A stretch of 32,587 nucleotides of DNA, taken from IMG/VR virus record IMGVR_UViG_3300038520_002558, positions 1 to 32,587 of that record; one strand, given 5' to 3'. This stretch comes from a virus (lineage: Duplodnaviria; Caudoviricetes). Position 1 is the stretch's first letter; every line of letters begins with the position of its first letter. Of the stretch, positions 26,491 to 32,587 are shown one piece after another. Below the pieces are notes generated by a model. That model was not told the origin of the DNA, did no database searches, and was given only the letters and a program-made list of their open reading frames with translations. Both the position numbers and the translations under genes were made by a program.

Positions 26491-26759
26491 TTGAGAGCCT
26501 CACAATCGAAGCTGTCGGCGCGAATGTCCCAAGTCGCTAAGCAATCAAGCATTTGATCTGTTGTTTGATCAAATTCATATAACTCTTTCTTGTAGTCTGC
26601 AAGACCCTCGTGATCGTAAGGAAGGCCAGACTTTTCAATCATTATGCAATGAGCAAACATTCTGTTCATTGCTTTTTGCAAGGCGTTTTGCAGCCTATGT
26701 TCCTTGTCTTTGAATGTGAGACGCCAAACCTCAGCGTAGTCTTTTGGTGTAGCTTTCAT
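26487..26759 (-). CDS. Hypothetical protein
   Basis: ATGA coupling at both ends. Confidence 0.6.
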   Translation of the reverse strand: MKATPKDYAEVWRLTFKDKEHRLQNALQKAMNRMFAHCIMIEKSGLPYDHEGLADYKKELYEFDQTTDQMLDCLATWDIRADSFDCEALK

Positions 26760-26959
26760 TTTAAGGCCTCACACGCTGGCTGCCAGCCCTGCTCACAGTG
26801 CAATTTTTGCTGCTGGTACAAAGTGTCAGTGAGACTGATCCACAGAGCACTGCCAAACAAGACGCAGAAAACTGCAACAATGATGGTGTTGGTCTTGGGG
26901 CTGCGGTGTTCCGGGTCGTAGAAACCTGGACTGCGATAGTTGATGTCTTTGCGGTTCAT
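26756..26959 (-). CDS. Small membrane protein with C-terminal C..GW..AC
   Basis: One TM helix, ATGA overlap with the pentapeptide gene. Confidence 0.65.
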   Translation of the reverse strand: MNRKDINYRSPGFYDPEHRSPKTNTIIVAVFCVLFGSALWISLTDTLYQQQKLHCEQGWQPACEALK

Positions 26960-27339
26960 AGCTCTTTCTTTGTGGTTTTGATGCGGCCAATGCCTGGCGG
27001 CCAAATTGTGGTTTCATCCCATCTGGCTTTTGACAAATCTGCGCCAACAAAGCTTGCGTGTTGCAAGTTAGCGTCATTAAAAAGTGCCCAGCGGAGATTT
27101 GCTCCCTTGAAAATTGCTGATTTCAAAAGAGCGGCATTGAAATTTGCATATTTAGCTGCGCAGTAGCGAAAGTCAGCACTGCGCAAATTTGCTTGCCTGA
27201 AATTAGCGCCGATTAAATTCGCTTCTCGAAAATTTGATCCACGCAAATTGTATGAGTGAAAAGAAACTTTGAAGACGTCGCCAAATTCAGATTCTGGGAT
27301 TTCTTTGGCTTGCATAGGCAGAGAGGCAAAAGGGCTCAT
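26956..27339 (-). CDS. Pentapeptide repeat protein
   Basis: Tandem A(N/D)(L/F)xx repeats (ANLIG ANFRQ ANLRS ADFRY...) ending in TIWPPG. Start at 27339 or 27315. Confidence 0.9.
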   Translation of the reverse strand: MSPFASLPMQAKEIPESEFGDVFKVSFHSYNLRGSNFREANLIGANFRQANLRSADFRYCAAKYANFNAALLKSAIFKGANLRWALFNDANLQHASFVGADLSKARWDETTIWPPGIGRIKTTKKEL

Positions 27340-27346
27340 GTGCAGC

Positions 27347-27375
27347 AGTATGCCGTCAGTGGTATTCCATGTCAA
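27347..27375 (-). promoter_or_regulatory. Sigma70-like promoter TTGACA-17-CATACT containing the variant site TGGAATACCA (27360-27369)
   Basis: Consensus -35, 17-nt spacer, ATG 7 nt after the -10. Confidence 0.75.
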
Positions 27376-27500
27376 CGCTTTCTTTTCGACTTTGCTTTTT
27401 TCTTGTTACGTTTTGGCTTGCTTCTGACCTTTGCCACTGTCTCTTGGTAGCCAGGAGGCTCAGGCACCCCGCCTTGTTTCAAGATCTTCGTCCAGTCCAA
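27372..27500 (-). CDS. 42-aa basic peptide MDWTKILKQGGVPEPPGYQETVAKVRSKPKRNKKKAKSKRKR (not in ORF track)
   Basis: Translated by hand from TTG, with AAGGA upstream. Fills the gap. Confidence 0.55.
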   Translation of the reverse strand: MDWTKILKQGGVPEPPGYQETVAKVRSKPKRNKKKAKSKRKR

Positions 27501-27550
27501 CAGTCCTTGTTTTTGCCTTTAGTATCTGGCTTCCCATCCTTTGATAAAGG

Positions 27551-27619
27551 GCGGGGACAAGTGACCTGCAGCGGATCAGGTGCGAGGAGCGTAAGGCGCG
27601 CGAGCCTGTTCTAGTCCGC
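27551..27619. ncRNA. Possible small structured RNA element
   Basis: Non-coding GC-rich stretch closed by GCGG/CCGC with an internal ACCTG/CAGGT hairpin. Confidence 0.25.
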
Positions 27620-27625
27620 AATTAT

Positions 27626-28261
27626 TCACAGCACAGGCAGCTGCGCCTCAAACTCGCCCCAGCATTTCTCCCAGGCAGGAATGCAGTCATCCTCTGGGCT
27701 GTGCATCCGCACCTTGCACTTGTCAGGGCCTGAAATCACGGTGACGCATCCAGTGATTTTGATGTGTGGATGCCATTGCTGGAACATCCGCGCATAGGCA
27801 CCGAGCTGAGCCAGCGGTGATTTGCGGCTTGTAACTGCTTTAGTGGATGAGACTGTTTTTAAGTCTCCAAGCAAGACGAAGCTTGGATCGTCCTTGTATC
27901 TGACAATAAAGTCAGTGCTTCCAGCAACCGGCCGATAGCGGTCAACCAGCAAATACTCCGTAGCCAGTGTCTCGATGCCTTGAAACAACGGCTCGGCAAA
28001 CAGAGGATCTAGCCAAGCGTCCCACCTATCTTCTGCTGCAGAAGGCTGTCCGCAGAGATGTGCTTGCAGTTGACGGTGCAGCACCCGACCCCGCAGCTCC
28101 CAGCCATCAGGACCGTGCCTGTGCTTCTCCATGGCGTCCTTAGCAAAGGGCGACATGCCATAGCTGACAACTTCTGAAACATTGTGCATGACCCAGTCGT
28201 CGCGCCACATGTAGCAGTGAGCGGACGGGTAAAACACCAGATCTGCTATGGGGTCCAGCAC
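27626..28261 (-). CDS. PD-(D/E)xK exonuclease (RecB/Cas4-like)
   Basis: G..LH, ATE, AGSTD, GDLKT, QLGAY motifs. Start refined to GTG 28261. Confidence 0.82.
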   Translation of the reverse strand: MLDPIADLVFYPSAHCYMWRDDWVMHNVSEVVSYGMSPFAKDAMEKHRHGPDGWELRGRVLHRQLQAHLCGQPSAAEDRWDAWLDPLFAEPLFQGIETLATEYLLVDRYRPVAGSTDFIVRYKDDPSFVLLGDLKTVSSTKAVTSRKSPLAQLGAYARMFQQWHPHIKITGCVTVISGPDKCKVRMHSPEDDCIPAWEKCWGEFEAQLPVL

Positions 28262-28268
28262 AAAAGCG

Positions 28269-28313
28269 TTGCAAAACACGGCTGAGTATGGGCATACTCG
28301 GCCCGCAACGCAA
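28269..28313. promoter_or_regulatory. Overlapping divergent promoters centred on a palindrome
   Basis: Plus strand: TTGCAA-18-CATACT. Minus strand: TTGCGT-17-CATACT. Central GCTGAGTATG-GG-CATACTCGGC. Confidence 0.7.
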
Positions 28314-28320
28314 CCACCCC

Positions 28321-28485
28321 TTGGACGAATCCACCCATTACACGAACACTCGCGTCCTGATTGATCCACGGGTCATTGCCGAGGTCGAGCGTAAAAAACC
28401 GATTGGAGTTAATCGCACTAGCTGGGTCAACTTGCTTTTGCAAAGGGCTATTGCTTCAGAGCCCGAACCGCTTGCGCGTGACTAA
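28321..28485 (+). CDS. Ribbon-helix-helix-like regulator
   Basis: TRVLIDP strand, helix, then NRTSWVNLLLQRAI helix. First rightward gene. Confidence 0.6.
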   Translation: MDESTHYTNTRVLIDPRVIAEVERKKPIGVNRTSWVNLLLQRAIASEPEPLARD

Positions 28486-28849
28486 TCAAGACCCCGAGGA
28501 GCGTGCTTTCGACTTGCTCCAATGGATTCCATATTCACTCCCCGCTGGATACAACGACGAGCAAGCTCTGTTGGGCCTATACAGCAAATTGCAGAAAGAG
28601 CGATCTGATCGCGCACTGGATGCTTGGGATGAAAAACACCCCTACAAATGCAGCGATGAGTTAGCGGCTTTTCGCGAACTTGAAAGGCTTGGGGTCTACA
28701 CACCCGCTGATCTTTTCTCTCCAAGCAAGGCCAAGGATGGTCACTACACCAAACGACTCAAACAGCTCAGGGATAGTTCCCGAAAGCCTCAGGGATCACA
28801 AAGAGCTTCTCAGCAAGCTCGACGAATACGCAAACACCGTCCTCTGTAA
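28478..28849 (+). CDS. Hypothetical protein upstream of and overlapping the helicase
   Basis: GTG start overlapping the end of the RHH gene. Confidence 0.55.
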   Translation: MTNQDPEERAFDLLQWIPYSLPAGYNDEQALLGLYSKLQKERSDRALDAWDEKHPYKCSDELAAFRELERLGVYTPADLFSPSKAKDGHYTKRLKQLRDSSRKPQGSQRASQQARRIRKHRPL

Positions 28850-30350
28850 CGAGGAGGACCCTCTCAAGCGTTCGCAGCTGCTGCGCCTTTATGCCGATGA
28901 GGTTGGCTTTCCGCTAAACGAGCGCACTGCTGCTGTTCTTTTGAGCAAGGCTGCAGGCTCAATCGCTGGTGTTGCAGAACCACGGCGGCGTGGTCAAAAG
29001 CTCGACACTTCTGTCGTCCCATGGGCATGGGAGGGCGTAATCATGTCTGGCACGTTCAACCTGCTGGTGGCCCCGCCAAAGGTTGGCAAGTCAGCGTTGA
29101 TGGTTGGGATGATCAGCGCTTGGTTTCACGGCGAGGACTCATATCTAGGTCAGCGCCTTCATGGCGTTTGCCCCAAGGTCTACATCGTTGGAACTGACCA
29201 GCCTGAAAGTGATTGGTTCACATTGTTCAAGAGAGAAGGGCTTGTCACCAGCGATGGGGAACTGGCTGGCCCTGTGGAGATGCTTTGGCATACGGGAGCA
29301 CCCCTGCACCTCACGGACGAAGGTATCTCACACCTCGGGGAAATCGCTAGAGAAAACCCTGGGTCACTCTTTTTGCTCGACAGCTACCACGCGTGCTGTG
29401 CCGTTCTCGGCCTAGAGGAAGCCGCTAGCAGCTTTGACGGTCCAGCACGCAAGCTTGCTGAGGCCTTGGCCCCGCATAAGTCCACGCTGGCGATGATCCA
29501 TCACACGAACAAAAGCGTGAGCGGTGGCAATGCAACGCAAGCCAGCAGGGGCAGCAATGCACTGCCGGCCGCGGCCAGCCTTACAATTTTGATGAACTGG
29601 TTCAAGCAGCCAACTGAGGGACAGACGCAGAACGATCACCGCGTTGTCGTAAAGACGCAGGGCCGGGCTAAAGGTACAACGCTGTTAATTGAGCTACAGG
29701 ACGATGGCTGGATCCATCACGGTGACGGCGAGAGCGTCCTGGCTGCTGAGGCAATGCAAGAGGCCGCTGACGAGCTGCAGGGTCGCCAGGCTGACGTGTT
29801 TGATTACATCAAAGACCGCTGGATCATTGGGGAGTTCACTGTGGCTGGCACCGAGCTGTCATCGCACTTCAACCTTGAGCGCAACAAGACCAGCAGGTGC
29901 TTGCGCAGTCTTGTTCGCAAAGGGTTGATTGAGGAGGCTGGCACAACCGACCCTGGCCCCACAGGCGGTCGTCCCTCACCTTTGTATCGCCCAGCAAGGG
30001 GATCCTCCCTAGACGGCTGGCAAACGTCCCAAACGTGCCAAACCTCGCGCGCGTACATGGAGAGAAGTAGTTTGCCACCTTTGACACCTTTGACACGTAG
30101 TGACGGGGGATGCTCTGTTGAGGGGGGTTTGGCACCTACCCCTGGCACTCCTGTCGAGCTGCATCGCAACGGCAGCTGGAACAACGGCTGGGTTGTTTCA
30201 GATGCTTCTGATCTGCACGCTGTGCGGGTCGCCAAGCTCGGCAGCCCTAACGTCACCGTGAGCAGCCTGCGTTGGGAGCTAGACGTGAGGCCCTGTGAAA
30301 TCAGCCCGTACAAGGCTGACCCTGTTGAATCTGACCTTCTTGATTTCTGA
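28737..30350 (+). CDS. RepA/AAA_25-like SF4 replicative helicase/ATPase with C-terminal winged helix
   Basis: Walker A APPKVGKS, Walker B LFLLDS, IHHTNK, SRGSNAL, wHTH ELSSHFNL...CLRSLVRKGLIE. Confidence 0.85.
   Translation: MVTTPNDSNSSGIVPESLRDHKELLSKLDEYANTVLCNEEDPLKRSQLLRLYADEVGFPLNERTAAVLLSKAAGSIAGVAEPRRRGQKLDTSVVPWAWEGVIMSGTFNLLVAPPKVGKSALMVGMISAWFHGEDSYLGQRLHGVCPKVYIVGTDQPESDWFTLFKREGLVTSDGELAGPVEMLWHTGAPLHLTDEGISHLGEIARENPGSLFLLDSYHACCAVLGLEEAASSFDGPARKLAEALAPHKSTLAMIHHTNKSVSGGNATQASRGSNALPAAASLTILMNWFKQPTEGQTQNDHRVVVKTQGRAKGTTLLIELQDDGWIHHGDGESVLAAEAMQEAADELQGRQADVFDYIKDRWIIGEFTVAGTELSSHFNLERNKTSRCLRSLVRKGLIEEAGTTDPGPTGGRPSPLYRPARGSSLDGWQTSQTCQTSRAYMERSSLPPLTPLTRSDGGCSVEGGLAPTPGTPVELHRNGSWNNGWVVSDASDLHAVRVAKLGSPNVTVSSLRWELDVRPCEISPYKADPVESDLLDF
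30016..30136. repeat. Iteron-like 9-bp repeats (3 direct, 3 inverted, 1 more inverted), candidate origin
   Basis: GCTGGCAAA CGTCCCAAA CGTGCCAAA ... TTTGCCACC TTTGACACC TTTGACACG ... TTTGGCACC. Confidence 0.6.
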
Positions 30351-30658
30351 TGCCTGAAGCAACACGATCTCTGCCCGTGCGCGTTGATGTGCGCATGACC
30401 GAGCCTGAACGTGAATACTTGACGCAGGAGGCGCTAAGGCGCGATATCAGCCGCCAAGACCTGATGCGCAAGCTGCTTCTGTCTGAGCTGGACTCTGTCG
30501 AGCCTGTGAAGGACTACAGACCTGTTGTTGTCTCTCGCGGGCGTGATGCCATCGACCGCGCTATGACAGCCGTGATGCGGCAGTACAGCTGTGTTCCTGC
30601 CAGCAAGCTTGAGGGCATCATCTGCACGGTGATCTGTGCGCTGGCTGCTGATGGTTAA
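30350..30658 (+). CDS. Ribbon-helix-helix (CopG/MobC-like) protein
   Basis: VRVDVRMTEPEREYL..EA...ISRQDLMR motif. Confidence 0.7.
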   Translation: MPEATRSLPVRVDVRMTEPEREYLTQEALRRDISRQDLMRKLLLSELDSVEPVKDYRPVVVSRGRDAIDRAMTAVMRQYSCVPASKLEGIICTVICALAADG

Positions 30659-30723
30659 CGTTCTGCAAATGGTATGCCATAATTAAAGGGCAGGCGGAGA
30701 CGCCTTACACCTCCAAGCAACTT
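30655..30723 (+). promoter_or_regulatory. Early expression module A: TTAACG-17-CATAAT, TGGTATGCCA (30670-30679), GGC-GGAGAC-GCC hairpin, ACACCTC
   Basis: Read directly. Confidence 0.75.
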
Positions 30724-31026
30724 ATGTCCATGTTTGGCTACCGCTTCCCGCGCACTTACGCCGACCTCAAGGCTGCGCCCTGGTGCTACGACTTCGAGCG
30801 CCCTGATTTGCCACCCGAAAGTGGCGACCCATGCTTCATCCACGTCCACACAGAGTGGTTTCCTGACGACTATGGCGAGCGGTACAGCGCCTGCGGGTAC
30901 ACGCTCAAGGACGCTCTGCTTGATCTACGGGAACTTTGGGACAACTACATGCGCCCACCTAGCAAGGCAATGGGTGAGGGCGTGCTTCGGATCGCTCGCG
31001 AGATGATGCCTGCGCCGGAGGATTGA
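30724..31026 (+). CDS. Hypothetical early protein
   Basis: Follows module A. Confidence 0.7.
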   Translation: MSMFGYRFPRTYADLKAAPWCYDFERPDLPPESGDPCFIHVHTEWFPDDYGERYSACGYTLKDALLDLRELWDNYMRPPSKAMGEGVLRIAREMMPAPED

Positions 31027-31089
31027 CGCCCTCTACTTGGTATGCCATACTTATTGCATCAGCCGGAGACGGCACAACACCTCAACACA
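31023..31089 (+). promoter_or_regulatory. Early expression module B: TTGACG-17-CATACT, TGGTATGCCA (31038-31047), GCC-GGAGAC-GGC hairpin, ACACCTC
   Basis: Read directly. Confidence 0.8.
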
Positions 31090-31278
31090 ATGATCACTTT
31101 TACCTCTCAGTCCACCTTCCACTCCGTTACCAGCAACGGCATCACTCTCGGCAAGCTTTATGTCACCCGCGAAGCCGCCGAAAAAGCTGCTGCAGCTCTG
31201 AACCGTGAATGGCAGGGACAGCGCACCTTCGGGGTCAAGTCCTGGCAGCAGGAAGTCTTCACTGCACACCAAGCCTGA
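31090..31278 (+). CDS. 62-aa early protein
   Basis: ATG 31090 follows module B. Confidence 0.7.
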   Translation: MITFTSQSTFHSVTSNGITLGKLYVTREAAEKAAAALNREWQGQRTFGVKSWQQEVFTAHQA

Positions 31279-31288
31279 TCACACCCAC

Positions 31289-31313
31289 GGCCCTGGAGAC
31301 AGGGCCTCTCTTT
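31289..31313 (+). terminator. Hairpin GGCCCT-GGAGAC-AGGGCC with a weak U-tract (terminator/attenuator candidate)
   Basis: Perfect stem followed by TCTCTTT. Confidence 0.5.
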
Positions 31314-31421
31314 GTCGGGGAGCCTGATGCCTGTTTCGACCAGGTTGAGAGCTATACAACACCCTGAGTGGGCTCAGGGAAAGGCAGGGCGGCTCGGTGT
31401 TGCCGATCCATCCCCCGACAA
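31312..31421 (+). ncRNA. Candidate structured RNA (multi-stem) upstream of the gene at 31444
   Basis: 9-bp closing stem TTGTCGGGG/CCCCGACAA enclosing three hairpins. Confidence 0.5.
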
Positions 31422-31443
31422 CAACATTCCTGCACCTCAGCCG

Positions 31444-31617
31444 ATGAAACTTGCTGACAGCTACATCGACCCTCAAGAGGGCGCTTTGCTTGCTCAAGAC
31501 GCCATTGGTAAGTGGCTTGACCGCTATCGCCTAGAGCTTGACTCTCAAACAGAGCAGGTCATCTATGAAAGCATCATCGAAGCTTTGAAACGTGGAAACC
31601 TATGCCAACTCAAATGA
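31444..31617 (+). CDS. 57-aa hypothetical protein
   Basis: ATG 31444, preceded by CACCTCAG. Confidence 0.6.
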   Translation: MKLADSYIDPQEGALLAQDAIGKWLDRYRLELDSQTEQVIYESIIEALKRGNLCQLK

Positions 31618-31757
31618 CTGACGATCAACTACGAGAGCAACAGCGCCAAAATGAACTCGAAGCTTTCCTTCGACATGAGCGAGCCCTCAGAGACGCTTAC
31701 ACCCGTTTGCAAAATCCGGACGCTTCAGGACGGCTGCGTTCGGATCCAATGTGGTGA
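31614..31757 (+). CDS. 47-aa helical peptide MTDDQLREQQRQNELEAFLRHERALRDAYTRLQNPDASGRLRSDPMW (not in ORF track)
   Basis: ATGA coupling to the previous stop, overlaps the next ORF. Confidence 0.45.
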   Translation: MTDDQLREQQRQNELEAFLRHERALRDAYTRLQNPDASGRLRSDPMW

Positions 31758-31878
31758 GCCGCCTTTAGCGTTTGTTGGCATTGTCAGCTCACATCATTTG
31801 ATTGAGCCTAAATGCCACCAGTTGCAGCAATACTGGGTAAAAGCTCAGGCAGCTCATGCCATTAAGCCTGACCATTGA
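31675..31878 (+). CDS. Hypothetical protein
   Basis: ORF track. Start refined to ATG 31675. Confidence 0.5.
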   Translation: MSEPSETLTPVCKIRTLQDGCVRIQCGEPPLAFVGIVSSHHLIEPKCHQLQQYWVKAQAAHAIKPDH

Positions 31879-32542
31879 CCAAGACCTAAGCAAGGCCACG
31901 GCATGGACTAAAGCTGTTCAAAAGCAGCTGCCGTTCGCCACCTCAGTCGCTATCAACAACGCGGCGTTCGATGCGCGCAAGGCAATTAACGCAGGGACAA
32001 AAAGCGCGTTTCATGTCCCGGTTAAGTTCACTCAGTCAGCCTTCTTGGTGCAGAAGTCTAAGAAGCGTGAGCTGACCGCATTTGTCTACGCGCAGGACAA
32101 GAAGGGCAAAGACCGCGCCCGCTACTTACGGTTCGGCATTGCAGGCGGCACACGTCCGCAGAAGGGCATGGATGCTTACTTTGAAAATGCAGTACCCAAT
32201 GACGGCACCATTCCCGCCGGGGCCTACTTTATGCCAACGTCCCTGGTTAAGACCAACGCATCAGGCAACGTCACCCAAGCCACACTGCGCCGCATCAGCA
32301 AGGGCATCAATGGTGACGCACGCGGTGGGTTCTTTATTGGTACGCCACGCGGTGGCAACAGGCCGCCTGGTATATATCGTCGCTCGCGCCAACAGCTACA
32401 GCCATACTTCATCGCAACAACTGACCGACCGGATTACACAGGGCGATTCAATATTGAGTCAATAGGCGCCAAGGTCATTCAACGTCGTTTCGGTTTCCAT
32501 TTCAACGCAGCGCTCAGCAAAGCTGTTAGCACTGCCAAATGA
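31856..32542 (+). CDS. Putative tail completion protein (gpZ-like)
   Basis: KQLPFATSVAINNAA motif, basic protein. No gpZ-like gene is present in the head-tail block. Confidence 0.55.
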   Translation: MPLSLTIDQDLSKATAWTKAVQKQLPFATSVAINNAAFDARKAINAGTKSAFHVPVKFTQSAFLVQKSKKRELTAFVYAQDKKGKDRARYLRFGIAGGTRPQKGMDAYFENAVPNDGTIPAGAYFMPTSLVKTNASGNVTQATLRRISKGINGDARGGFFIGTPRGGNRPPGIYRRSRQQLQPYFIATTDRPDYTGRFNIESIGAKVIQRRFGFHFNAALSKAVSTAK

Positions 32543-32548
32543 TTTTTT

Positions 32549-32555
32549 GGGTCCT
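32549..32555 (+). promoter_or_regulatory. cosQ-like packaging termination element GGGTCCT
   Basis: Identical to lambda cosQ, 19 nt before the terminal repeat. Confidence 0.65.
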
Positions 32556-32574
32556 TCCTGTCGCATCGTTTGTG

Positions 32575-32587
32575 GGTCGTTCGTGCG
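32575..32587 (+). repeat. Right copy of the 13-nt terminal direct repeat
   Basis: Identical to 1-13. Confidence 0.85.

Noticed and set aside
27551-27619. tRNA gene
   Set aside because: The size is similar, but there is no TTC T-loop, D-loop or 7-bp acceptor stem.
27626-28261. CRISPR system suggested by the Cas4-like nuclease
   Set aside because: No repeat-spacer array, other cas genes or four-Cys cluster motif was recognised. Context with ERF, RusA and SSB points to recombination.
29804-30313. 169-aa antisense ORF
   Set aside because: Shadow of the helicase gene, low-complexity translation, no start signals.
31322-31385. Hammerhead ribozyme
   Set aside because: The core reads CUGAUGC rather than CUGANGA and the stem order does not fit. 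Kept only as an unassigned structured RNA.

Overview
The window looks like one complete, roughly 32.6 kb lambda-like siphovirus genome, probably of a marine picocyanobacterium (Synechococcus/Prochlorococcus). The host is inferred from recalled protein families, not from a search. The ends carry a 13-nt direct repeat set in a lambda-like cos context. Gene order: TerS, TerL, gpW-like, lambda-type portal, a fused protease-capsid polyprotein, head-tail and tail genes (with a -1 frameshifting chaperone), tail tip and fibres, a roughly 4 kb island of envelope/secreted proteins, putative lysis genes (C39-like peptidase), dcd, a leftward recombination operon (PD-(D/E)xK nuclease, RusA, ERF, SSB, pentapeptide repeat protein), and a rightward AAA helicase/replication arm. 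No integrase, CI-like repressor, tRNA or CRISPR array was seen. Best leads: (1) a multi-gene cassette at 17982-21516 that resembles a phage-encoded trans-envelope pore/filament system; (2) a repeated early-gene expression module (sigma70 promoter, palindromic TGGYATRCCA site, covarying GAGA-tetraloop leader hairpin, ACACCTC box); (3) a highly structured, roughly 110-nt RNA candidate at 31312-31421; (4) fully overlapping divergent promoters and an iteron-like array inside the helicase gene. All calls come from reading the sequence by eye. No searches or folding programs were run.
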